A DNA stretch of 63,849 nucleotides, counting the filler, from Octopus bimaculoides (Eukaryota), in assembly GCF_001194135.2 (NCBI RefSeq). It is 9 parts of 8 records of this genome, joined end to end, with 100 filler letters (N's around TTAATTAATTAA, not from the genome) between each part and the next. Parts side by side here need not be neighbours in the genome. Positions count along the whole stretch, not along the records: positions 40,570 to 53,920 come from NC_068981.1; positions 54,021 to 59,455 come from NC_069001.1; positions 59,556 to 62,339 come from NC_069006.1; 6 more parts are not named here. One strand, 5' to 3'. The notes below the pieces were generated by a model that worked only from the letters and a program-made list of their open reading frames with translations, was not told the origin of the DNA and made no database searches. Made by a program: the position numbers and the translations under genes. This document shows, one piece after another, positions 51,182 through 62,339 of this stretch. Positions within the stretch are counted from its first letter, which is position 1. Each line of letters starts with the position of its first letter.

Positions 51182-52062
51182 ATTAAGGGTAAACTTTATT
51201 GGATTATTTCTGAAAACTTTATCCAAAAAACCTGAACGTGTAGCCTGTGTTGTGTCTATATCAAAAGATAATCTCTCATCTGCTAATCAGTGAAAAGTGA
51301 AAGAAATTGGAATATGATGATTACTCAATACACTTTGTATATATACACTTTATATACTCAATGCANNNNNNNNNNNNNNNNNNNNNNNNNNNNNNNNNNN
51401 NNNNNNNNNNNNNNNNNNNNNNNNNNNNNNNNNNNNNNNNNNNNNNNNNNNNNNNNNNNNNNNNNNNNNNNNNNNNNNNNNNNNNNNNNNNNNNNNNNNN
51501 NNNNNNNNNNNNNNNNNNNNNNNNNNNNNNNNNNNNNNNNNNNNNNNNNNNNNNNNNNNNNNNNNNNNNNNNNNNNNNNNNNNNNNNNNNNNNNNNNNNN
51601 NNTGATCACATGAAAGCGTTACAGGCAGGCTAAGTAACGGAGGAAAGAAACTTATTTCCAAAAAATAAAAAAATCTTACACATTTCTCCCCCCCCATCTC
51701 TCTCTCTCTCTCTCTCTTCCGCTCCCCATCCCTCTCCTATCAACTAATCACATGGAAGCGTTATGAACGGACTAAGTAATCAAGAAACAAGCAGAAGTAT
51801 TATAAGACCTTGAATATTTGTGTGTGCGTCCACACCTACACAGCTGAAACCACGCAGTCTAAACATGAACATAACTGACATCAATTTTCTATGGCTGATG
51901 CCCTTTCTGTCTCCAGTCCTCACCCATTTCCAATATTTCCCAGTGTTTTCATGGATGACTGGAAACGAGGGGCGCTTCTTGTATGGGAGTGATGCTTGGG
52001 GACAATTACCCAGCAATACCAACAACAGGAGACACACACACACACACACACACAAGAGGCTT

Positions 52063-52200
52063 CTTTTCAAATTTCGTTCACCAAATTCACTGACCAGACT
52101 TTGGTCAGCCTGAGGCTATTGTAGAAGACACTTGCCTGAGGTGCCAAGGATTGAACTCAAACCCTCGTTGTTGGGAAGCAAACTTCTTGACCAGTTGACC
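52063..52200 (-). mobile_element. SINE family A 5' part, diverged
   Basis: GAAGACACTTGCCTGAGGTGCCA...GGGAAGCAAACTTCTT. Confidence 0.65.
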
Positions 52201-52817
52201 AGACAGCCATGTCTGTTCCTAAGCATTTGTTTCCCAAATGCCTGAAATCGGAAGCCACAGCATTCTTGTTTGTTTATTGTGTAGTAATGTCTCTAAATAT
52301 CTCTTTCCTTGTATAATGACTTTTTATCAATTATTCAGGTGTAATTACAACAATTAATAATCAAACATTACATAAATTTAATTTCACATTGTCTACATTG
52401 AATGTGGTGGTGGTCAGGGATGGAGGTTTATCAACACATGAAACAAATTTCAAATTCATTAGACTCTATTATTTATGATAATCACCATTGTTATTGCTAT
52501 TTCAATGAATATAAATATGTGAATATACTAGCAACAATTATTATTATTGTTCTTATTCACTACTTCTGTCATCATCATCATCATCATCATTATTATTATT
52601 ATCATTATAATTCCTCATATGTTCAGTGTTCTATTTTCTAGTGAATTCATTGTCTTTGCTTATAAAACATTTTGTATTTGGAAATGAATGAAATCTGTTG
52701 ATAAGTGTTCGTTCATTGTAAATAATTCTTCTCCTTCAATAAATGAATCTAGCATGTCTGAAAAGTTTGGTTTGGAAACAAAAGAAATTCTTTGTCATGA
52801 TGGGAATTAAAAAACAT

Positions 52818-53250
52818 AGTAAAGATTGTTTGCCAACATAACATGGCAGTCCTGGTTTAGGACGAATGTTGCTGTAATTTAGTCCCAGGAGACATCGTCT
52901 CCAGCTGGCTATACGACATGATCTGTGTCCTTATATTTTCAAACAAGGGAATCTAGCACCCCCACTCAGCTCAAAACAATATCTGTGTATTATGATTTCC
53001 GGATTATTTCCCTTCATCAGCACAGAATAATTGTTTGGGTAGAGGTGGCGCTGCCAAATTCCTGCTTGAAATATATAGTTTTCAAAGTGACAACTAGTCA
53101 CTGATCTATGAATTAGAAAATTACTATTTTTATATAAGGACACAGATCATGTTGTATAGCCAGCTGGAGACGTTGTCTCCTGGGGTTAAATTACAGCAAC
53201 ATTTGTCCTAAACCAGGACTGCCATGTTATGTTGGCAAACAATCTTTACT
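52818..53250. repeat. Palindromic element: 119-bp inverted arms around a 195-bp spacer containing an HHR
   Basis: 52818-52936 versus reverse complement of 53132-53250 differ at 5 of 119 positions by my count; no obvious TSD. Confidence 0.9.
52983..53025 (-). ncRNA. Type I HHR in the spacer of the palindrome
   Basis: CTGTG-CTGATGA-A-GGGA(AATAA)TCCG-GAA-ATCATAAT-A-CACAG: perfect helix I, canonical core, near-palindromic ATCAT(G>A)AT, AUA site; 10.1-11.1 pair is G-G. Confidence 0.7.
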
Positions 53251-53559
53251 CCAAAGTACTGTTACTGAATATCTCTCGTTGTGAGATTTAAAAATAGTAA
53301 TTTTCTAATTAAAAACATAGCCGTCATTGTTTTAGCATGCAGAACTTGTTGAGACTGTCCTGTGGTCACATGCGTTTCCTGTTGACAACCCTCACCTGTT
53401 ACCAGATAATATTTCCTCTTGGGTGGAGAGGTTTTCATGGAAAATTTGTAAAAAAAAGACATTTAATGTATGACAGGGACACTTGTTTACAACCATCAAG
53501 TGATGTCAAGATAAGGAGACATATTTTGTAGCTTGACTATAATTATTATAGTTGTTATC

Positions 53560-53800
53560 ATCATCGTTTAACGTCCGTTTTTCATGCTGGCATAGGTTGG
53601 ACGGTTTGAGTGAGGACTGGCAAGCCAGGAGGCCTCACCAGGCTCCAATCTGATCTGGCAATGTTTCTACAGCTGAATGTCCTTCCTAACATTAACCACT
53701 CCGGGAGTGTAGTGGGTGCTTTTCACGTGCCACTGGCATCGGCCATGTTTGAATGGTGCTTTTTATGTGCCACTGGCACGGGAGCCAATCAGGGTGGTGG
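53560..53800 (-). mobile_element. Family E LINE 3' end
   Basis: CATCATCGTTTAACGTCCGTTTTTCATGCTGGCATAGG... Confidence 0.8.
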
Positions 53801-53920
53801 TGGTGGTGGGGAGGCTAAGCAAAAATGCTAGTTTTTAAATCTTTGTAAGATATATCAACACAGTCATTCTGCTAACAAGCAATGTTTGTAGCCACTTCAA
53901 CGTGGTTGTCCATTTGAACA

Positions 53921-54020
53921 NNNNNNNNNNNNNNNNNNNNNNNNNNNNNNNNNNNNNNNNNNNNTTAATTAATTAANNNNNNNNNNNNNNNNNNNNNNNN
54001 NNNNNNNNNNNNNNNNNNNN
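53921..54020. other. Artificial scaffold-join spacer
   Basis: 44N + TTAATTAATTAA + 44N. Confidence 0.9.
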
Positions 54021-54114
54021 TATATATTTGAATTTCTGTTAATAATTACAAAACAAATATTTAGGACACAGACACACACACACACATACGCGCGCACACA
54101 CGTACACACACACG

Positions 54115-54146
<32 letters not shown>

Positions 54147-54618
54147 AACACAAATACACACACGCACAAGCCCACACACAAGCACACACACACACATGCA
54201 CAGAAACACAGACACAAATATATATGTATATATATTACATAACCAAAGAAAGATAAAACCTGCGTGTGCTTAAAATTCCGGATGCCGTAAACATTATTTT
54301 CAAGTGTTTCGTTAACTATAAGAGAAAATTAAGAAATATCTGTTGGCATGTTATGTATACTGGAACCAGGTTGGAATCGGATACAGTGTTGAACGGTTTA
54401 GCTTGTGTCTTAATTATTGAGTGTCAAACAAACGAATTCAAATTGCAGCAGGCTCAGTGAGTGTCATTTTGGATGGGTTGTACGGGACATTGAAAGAGCA
54501 TAAATAAAATAAAACATTCGATGCGAATAATTGTTTATAACGTAATTGCAATGCCAGAAATTTTGCAGGAAATGGAAAATGGAAAATGCCGATTATATCG
54601 ACTCTAATATTTGACTTA

Positions 54619-54694
<76 letters not shown>

Positions 54695-54718
54695 TAGATA
54701 TATATAGTTGAATGAATC

Positions 54719-55030
54719 AACCTCAGTACTTGTTTTTTAAAGCCAGGTACTTATTCTATCGGTCTCTTATGCTGAACCGCTAGATTACGAGGACGTAAAC
54801 GTACCAAAAGCGGCTGCCAAGCGGTGGTGGTGGTGGTGGTGGACAACCAGAGGCGCGCGCGCACGCACACACAGCGAGCTTCTTTCTGTTACCGTCTACT
54901 AGATCCACTCACAAAGCTTTGGTTTGCCCGAGATAGAAGACACTAGTCCAAGGTGCCACGCAAAAGGACTGAACCCGGAACCATGTAGCTGGGAAGCAAG
55001 CTTCTTACCAAACAATCACGCCTTGCGCCT
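54719..55030 (-). mobile_element. SINE family A
   Basis: Head and 3' half both recognisable. Confidence 0.8.
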
Positions 55031-55201
55031 ATGTAAACAAATGCAAATATAAATAAAATATAAACTTGTAACCATTGACTTCATCGACCGTAACTGAATA
55101 ACTATGGAAGACTCGAGTGTCTGAATTTATCCAGGCGAGTTAACAATCACTGAATATGAATGCGTGAGCTGAATAACTTACGATCTTTCAATACATCTTA
55201 A

Positions 55202-55357
55202 TATCACATGACTCAACTGTCTCTAAGCGTTATTGAGCATCCATATTTCAGTTCTGGCTCATGAATAACTTACAATGTTACAATATACCTTGGTATCACA
55301 TGACTTAACTGTCTGTAAGCGTTATTGAGCTTCCATAATTCAGTTCTGGCTCATGAA
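55202..55357. repeat. Tandem duplication, 64-bp unit, period 92
   Basis: TATCACATGACTYAACTGTCT...GTTCTGGCTCATGAA at 55202-55265 and 55294-55357, 4 mismatches. Confidence 0.85.
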
Positions 55358-55770
55358 GCGACTGGTTACACTTTCTGTTTTTTTGTTCGTTTGTTTTTAA
55401 CGACACTTATCTAATGTTGTTCGCAGAAACTAATGTTTCGTGCCTCGGTAATAAATAGATTCATTTGGATAAAATACTTCAGCTTTGTCAAACTTTTCTT
55501 TTTGTTTGTTTTCATTTTAGACAGTTTAGTCTATATAATTGAGCTATAAAAAACTTTTAGTTGCTTCTTAACACTCTCGTAACTACATGCTTCAGAATTT
55601 ATTTGTTCTTTAACGTTACTTTGGCAAATAACACCACACACACACATACACACACACAGACACACACACACACAGACACACACACACACCGCACATACAT
55701 ATATATATATTACATATATGCATATCTGTATGTATCTCTCCCAGCCCCTCTCTCTTTCTGTGTATGTGTG

Positions 55771-55810
<40 letters not shown>

Positions 55811-56204
55811 TGTGTGTGTGAATGTGTTGCACAATAAACAAAACTGCTTATTTATTAGTTTGAAGTATATAACTTTTGCTAGAACAAAGTAATTTATTAA
55901 AATTTACCTTATCTAGAAAATACTTATAAATTCCAATTTGGTTTTTCAAGATTATTTTATCCTTGAAGACTACCGAAAACTTATTTTAATTCACAGCAAG
56001 ATAGCGCTTTTTTAAACACTGCAACACTGTACTCTCTCTTACACTCAAAGCAACAACATGAGATCTCTTATATGTTTCTAATAGTTCATTTTTTACCCCT
56101 GAGATCACAGTTCGAGTTAATCTGACGTATGATGAACGGAAATGAAAAAGTATTTTACATCTGTAATTGTATGATTATATCGATTATGATTATTAAAATG
56201 TACA

Positions 56205-56420
56205 GAAAGGCAGTGTGCTGCCAGTGTCGTTAGCATGTCGGACCAGATGTTTAGCGGCATTTCGTCCGTCTACGAAACGTTCTGAGTACAAGTTTCGCCG
56301 AGATTGACTTTGCCTTTATCCATTCGAGGTCGATAAAATAAACATCAGTTGAGCACTGGAGTCGATGTGATCAACTAACTCCTTCCCCCGGAGTTGGTGG
56401 TTTTGTGACAGAATGTGAAA
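56205..56420 (+). mobile_element. SINE family B, diverged
   Basis: AAGGCAGTGTGCTGCCAGTGTCGTTAGCATG...GTCGATAAAATAA. Confidence 0.7.
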
Positions 56421-56479
56421 TCAATATTAGTTCATTGTACCTTTGAGCAAGACAATTTATTTTACGTTGCTCCAGTCCA

Positions 56480-56685
56480 CTCAGCTCGCAAAATTTTGTA
56501 CCTGTAATTCAAAGGGTCAACCCCTTGTCATATTCTGTGTGTCACGCTGAGTCACTCAGAGAACTATGTTACGGCTACACGTGTCTGTGGAGTGCTCGGC
56601 CACTTGCACGCTAATTCACGAGAAAGCTGTTCTGTTGATCGAATTAACTGGAAAAGTCGTCGACGCAACCGACGGAATGCCAATC
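56480..56685 (+). mobile_element. SINE family C/D-related 3' half, diverged
   Basis: GTGTCACGCTGAGT...ACACGTGTCTGTGGAGTGCTCGGCCACTTGCACG. Confidence 0.7.
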
Positions 56686-57016
56686 TGATAGATATAGTTA
56701 ACATACATATAATTCCTCATACATACATGCATACACACAAGATATTTTCATGCATACATAAATACACACGCACACGCACACATATGTATGTATTTATGTA
56801 TGTGCATATATATACATATATATATATGTGTATGTATGTATATATATATTATGTGTGTGTGTGTGTGTGTGTATTAGTTTCTCGAAAGTGAACCGTTTCC
56901 CACGGTCCGTCAATTTGACGCCCAAATGCGTTGCGCCCACAACAATACATACATTACAGCACAGTAACATAACACTACACACCTCCATCCATCCATAGTA
57001 CATGCGCACACGCACA

Positions 57017-57049
<33 letters not shown>

Positions 57050-57280
57050 GTACATACACATACATAAATACATACGTTTATAAATTCATACATGCACACA
57101 TACATACGTACATACATACATATATGTATGAATGCATGCATATATACACATACACACACACGTATATATACACACACTCGTACATATACACACATAGATG
57201 CATACGCATATAAATTTATACATGCATACATGCACACATACACATGTCTACATACATTCGCACATACGTACTTATATACG

Positions 57281-57334
<54 letters not shown>

Positions 57335-57957
57335 CATACATGCATATATACGCAAACACACACACACATACATACATACATACATACATACATACATACA
57401 TACACACACATAACCACGTTACACCTAACACTCGACATCGTCTTAACTAACACCATCCTACCCGATTCTTAACCGTCTATCCCTTTTCAATAAGTGATTT
57501 ACGCGTTCCTAAAGGTCACATTCTCCACCCCAGCTCCACCCCTCGATCCACCCGTTTCTGTTTTATCCAATGGGATGCAGCCGTTTATTCCAGGACATAA
57601 AAACCAGGCTTTTTTTCTGCGACAATTCCGCTGCAACACTTCAAACGACAACATTGCCAGCAAGCTTAGCTTTCGAAACCGTTTTTGTCTTTGTTTCCAT
57701 AAATCTTTAGTCTTTAGTCTTTAATCCTTTATCTTATACTTGTTTCGGTTATCGGACCGCGACCATGCTGGGGCACCGCCTTGAATGAATCGGTCCTAGT
57801 ACTTATTTCTTTAAGCCTTGGTACTTACTCTATCGATGTCTTCTTTCCGAACCGTTAAGTTAAGGGGACGAAAACAAACCAACACATATTTAGGCGCGGG
57901 AGTGGCTGTGTGGTAAGCCCTTTCGTTTTTCAGAAAACACTCTTGAACCTCGATTAC

Positions 57958-58360
57958 AAAAGAAAAGCAACATTATTAAACGAAGAGTAAACAGCATTAT
58001 TAAACCAAACGAAAGCAACGTTATTAAACAAAACGAAACAACATTATTAAACAAAACAAAGGTAACATTATTAAACAAAACGGAAGCAACATTATTGAAC
58101 AGAATAAAAGCAACATTATTAAAGAAAGCGAAAGCAACATTATCGGTTCCAAATTTTAGCACAAGGCCAGTAATTTCGTAGACGTGGGTTAAGTCGATTA
58201 CATAGACCTCAGTGCTCCGTTGCTACTTATTTATGAACACTGGCAGCATTTGAACTCAGAACGCAGATCCAAAAGAAATGCCGTGAAGTATTTTGCCCAA
58301 CGAAGTAACGATTCTGCTATCTCGTCGCCTTGAACGAAAACAACATTATTAAGCAAAAAC
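57958..58360. repeat. About 24-bp minisatellite interrupted by a SINE B
   Basis: Roughly eight AAACAAAACGAAAGCAACATTATT-like units to 58144, one more after the SINE. Confidence 0.8.
58146..58332 (-). mobile_element. SINE family B
   Basis: Minus strand AAGGCGACGAGATAGCAGAATCGTTA...GTTCTGAGTTCAAATG. Confidence 0.75.
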
Positions 58361-58577
58361 TGAGCAAAGGGTAACAAAAATAAATGAAGTTTAAAAAAAT
58401 TAGAAAAAAGATATAAATACGAATCTCAAATAACAACAGATTTCGATGCCAAATATTTGATGTTTAGTCACGTGTTTGTGTTGACATAACATTTACTTAG
58501 TGTTAGTTGGGTTCGGCTGTTTGGCATATCTCATACAAGACTGGATAATTTTCCATGAGAAATCAATCTACAACGTA

Positions 58578-58735
58578 GGCGCAGGCGTGGCAAGAAGTTT
58601 GCTTCCCAACCGCATGGATTCGGGTTCAGTCCCAATGCGTGGCACGTTGGGCAAGTGTCTTCTTCTAAAGCTTCAGACCGACTTAAGTCTTGTGAGTGGA
58701 TTTGGCAGACGGAAACTCAAAGATGTCCGTCGTTT
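58578..58735 (+). mobile_element. SINE family A 5' half
   Basis: GGCGCAGGCGTGGC...GGGTTCAGTCCC...GGCACGTTGGGCAAGTGTCTTC. Confidence 0.8.
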
Positions 58736-59144
58736 ATATGAGGGGCTTACTTTCAAAACCGGAATACGTGCGTATTTGGTCGATTTCATGACACCCATTT
58801 AAACACTGTTAAGTTAAGGGAACGTAAGCACGCCAACATCAGTTGCTNNNNNNNNNNNNNNNNNNNNNNNNNNNNNNNNNNNNNNNNNNNNNNNNNNNNN
58901 NNNNNNNNNNNNNNNNNNNNNNNNNNNNNNNNNNNNNNNNNNNNNNNNNNNNNNNNNNNNNNNNNNNNNNNNNNNNNNNNNNNNNNNNNNNNNNNNNNNN
59001 NNNNNNNNNNNNNNNNNNNNNNNNNNNNNNNNNNNNNNNNNNNNNTTATCTGACAATTCGTTAGGTTGTACACACACACGCACACACACACACGATCCCA
59101 CACAGCTGTTAGTTCTATATTTAACACAACTATTAACAACAACA

Positions 59145-59175
<31 letters not shown>

Positions 59176-59182
59176 GTACTAG

Positions 59183-59219
<37 letters not shown>

Positions 59220-59455
59220 ACAGCAACAGCAACGACAGCCACGAGGACAGCAGCAACAGTGAGTCAAAACAATAGACTCCGCCACGTTACCACACCTTCC
59301 ACCCACCACCCGTCACCAAGCCCCCACCCCTACAAGAACTCTTAATGACCATTAACCGAATTCTATGCAGTCTCTCACCTCCCCCTCCCCACCCCCGTTA
59401 CTATCCCGTATTATGTCATTTCTGCCTTTCTGCAGACAGCTACACATACGCACAC

Positions 59456-59555
59456 NNNNNNNNNNNNNNNNNNNNNNNNNNNNNNNNNNNNNNNNNNNNT
59501 TAATTAATTAANNNNNNNNNNNNNNNNNNNNNNNNNNNNNNNNNNNNNNNNNNNN
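59456..59555. other. Artificial scaffold-join spacer
   Basis: 44N + TTAATTAATTAA + 44N. Confidence 0.9.
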
Positions 59556-59601
59556 CATAATGAACCTTGTACATATTTCATTCTGGAATTTATTCTTTTA
59601 G

Positions 59602-60181
59602 TTACACATCAATGGCTTGCATAGAGAAAATGAGAAACTGCATGTGAGTTACATACAAACCTCTTTTAGTTCGCCAGTCAGTTACATTTTCTAAGTGAAG
59701 TTCCTTTTCTACCTCTGGGGGCAACGTCTCATGACCCTTCAGCTGAGCCTTTATCATAAGATTTAAAAGGTTTTTGTGCATCTACAAAATAATTTTCAAA
59801 AATAAATAATTATCTTAAGTAATAATTTGAAAATAATGAATTAATGCAGATAAACAAAATTAAATACTTTTACTCTATTCAAACTCATTACGCCTGCGAT
59901 GTTGTTACCACACAGCTCTACGTGCAGTCCCAAAGCTTTGTGAGAAAATTTTGTAGATGGAAGCTGGTTGCTTTTTCGTAGGTAAGTTTCTATACTTACT
60001 GGGCTGTGAATGACTAAGTTGATGAAACGGAACGACACAGAAATACATGAAATCTATAATCCAATGACGTTACTCGCGGCCCAGAATAAAATGTACATTC
60101 ATACTAATTTAGGTGAAGAATCTTTTCGCCCAACTATTCCAGGAGAGAAAGTTCTTATCACGAGCAATTACACTCCAACAT
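59602..60181 (+). CDS. Candidate chain of three small exons (59602-59643, 59957-59981, 60113-60181), product unknown
   Basis: AG acceptors; donors GTGAGT, GTAAGT and weak GTAAAA; phases compatible and spliced frame open; no recognisable domain. Confidence 0.2.
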
Positions 60182-60394
60182 GTAAAAAATAGCTTTACAT
60201 ACAATAGGTTGCTTTTTGTGATGCAGTTATTTATGAACTGAAAATTCGCAAGAAAATCTCCTGCGGGATAGAGAGATGTAACTGCAGCGTATATTAAAAG
60301 AAACAAATAAAGGAATCCCTGCAGGATTCATGGAGCCATTTATCAAATTTCCATGATGTATAACTGATCGCAAAGTTCTTCCTGAATATGATGC

Positions 60395-60514
60395 CATCTG
60401 TCAGGGTTGCTCATTTTCGCCAGCTGACTGGACTGGGACAATACACTACTTGGTCTGGAATAGAAACCACGATATTGTGGGTGTGAGTACAATGCTCTAA
60501 TCACTAGGCCATGT
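60395..60514 (-). mobile_element. SINE family D, diverged
   Basis: CTCATTTTCGCCAGCTGACTGGACTGG...CTAATCACTAGGCCA. Confidence 0.6.
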
Positions 60515-60586
60515 AGTGACCTTCAAAGTTCGTGTTGTTAACGCTTAGCATTTAGAGGGCAATACACTTCCGGGTCCGGAACCAGA

Positions 60587-61251
60587 AGGCTTGTTACAGA
60601 TAATGAGAAGTGGATCCTTTACCGTAACGTTAAACGCCTCCGATCGTAGATCAGTCGAGTAGGAAGACCTGTTCAACAACCAAGAGAAGGACTTCATCCA
60701 AGGAAAACCATGTTGATTGGATAGTAGCATATTGAATGAAGTGTCCATTACGAACTGTTAGACAACAATCAAACAATTACTGCTAATCTCTGCTGTGATC
60801 AATGTCACCGTTTGAAAGTTGCTTTGAACAGAAAACAACCCTTCTTAGTCAACAGAAACAGTGTCATCTTCCATCATGATAATGCTCGTCCACACACAGC
60901 AAAACTGACCANNNNNNNNNNNNNNNNNNNNNNNNNNNNNNNNNNNNNNNNNNNNNNNNNNNNNNNNNNNNNNNNNNNNNNNNNNNNNNNNNNNNNNNNN
61001 NNNNNNNNNNNNNNNNNNNNNNNNNNNNNNNNNNNNNNNNNNNNNNNNNNNNNNNNATAAATTGGATTCATAGTTCGCATGAAAACCTAAACAATTTTAC
61101 AAGTGTGGCATTTATAAGCTTGTTGACAGATGGAAGGAAATTATGTTAATGGAAATTATGGTAACGAATAAATAATTGTCTTAATCATGGGCTTTTTCAT
61201 TTTTAATAGAACCTTAAAATTGGCCATTATATTTGCCATTACCAACCTGAT
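60587..61251 (+). pseudogene. Mariner transposase (DD34D region to C-terminus) with 3' TIR
   Basis: RLVTDNEKWILYRN...LHPRKTML...HYELL...IFHHDNARPHTA, gap, then NFYKCGIYKLVDRW. Confidence 0.85.
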
Positions 61252-61265
61252 TGACTACATGAATG

Positions 61266-61445
61266 AAGGCAGATACCCGAGTGGTCAGTGTGTTGCACAC
61301 ATGATCACAAGATCGTGATTTCGATTCCTGGACCAGGAAGTGCGTTGTGTTCTTGAGTAAAGCATTTCATTCCATTTTGTTCCAGTTCATTCAGCTGTAA
61401 ATGAGCAGCCCTGCAACAGACTGGTGGCCCTTTAAGGAACAGTGT
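61266..61445 (+). mobile_element. SINE family D
   Basis: CCCGAGTGGTCAGTGTG...TTCGATTCCTGGACC...TTCTTGAGTAAAGCATTTCA. Confidence 0.7.
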
Positions 61446-61914
61446 TATGACCTTGGTCATTTATATGTCAGGTAACCAGCCCTGTACGCACTAAGCTTCG
61501 GGGCAAAGGCTTCTAGTTATGTTCATATATGAATGTTTATGCGTGTATGGTATAAAATATTGTGCTGGTTTATGTCCCTTTACAACAAGAGGTAATGACC
61601 CTTTCATAAAGATCGATTATCTACCTAACTAATCTAAATACTAGGACTTATATGATCGGCCCCACGATAGCCAAAGTACAAGGAATTACTCTAGTGAAGG
61701 AATAAAAGAATTATGTATTCATCCCTATATTCTTTTGTTCTCTCATTCCTTTTTTTATTGACAATAGGATGTGATTTGAGGGAGATTCGGCTGACCGTAT
61801 TTTCTAGCAGACTGGAATCCCGTTCAGGACCAAGTTGTCTCAGTAACTTAAAGGCCATAGAAACCAGGCAGTAGGCCCTATGAATAATAGAACGAGAGAG
61901 TGAGAGAAAGAGAA

Positions 61915-61949
<35 letters not shown>

Positions 61950-62081
61950 GAGAAAGGAGGATAGAGAAAGAGAAACATTATCTAGTGAGCTTTCATTTTA
62001 TATAATTTTTGAGATAAAAAGTGAGACATCGAACACATTTAACTCCTATATCTAAATTCTAAATAACACATTCAGAACTTG

Positions 62082-62236
62082 GGTGCAGGGGTGGCTGTGT
62101 GGCAAGAAGCTTTCTTCCTAACCACATGGTTCCAGGTTCTGCCCTACTGCATGGCACCTTGGGCAAGTGTCTTCTACTAAAACCTCATTCCGACCAAAGA
62201 TTTGTGTGTAGATTTGGTTAATGGAAACTGAAAAAT
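62082..62236 (+). mobile_element. SINE family A 5' half
   Basis: GGTGCAGGGGTGGCTGTGTGGC...GGCACCTTGGGCAAGTGTCTTC, then (TG)n. Confidence 0.85.
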
Positions 62237-62268
62237 GCTGTATGTGTATGTGTATGTGTGCGTGCGTA

Positions 62269-62339
<71 letters not shown>

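Noticed and set aside
57958-58360. CRISPR-like array
   Set aside because: Units are contiguous and degenerate with no unique spacers; eukaryotic minisatellite, no cas genes.
2496-59242. Long ORFs of 100-490 aa in the supplied track
   Set aside because: They run through N gaps and (TA)n/(CA)n/(CATA)n tracts and give YI/HT/VC repeats; artefacts.
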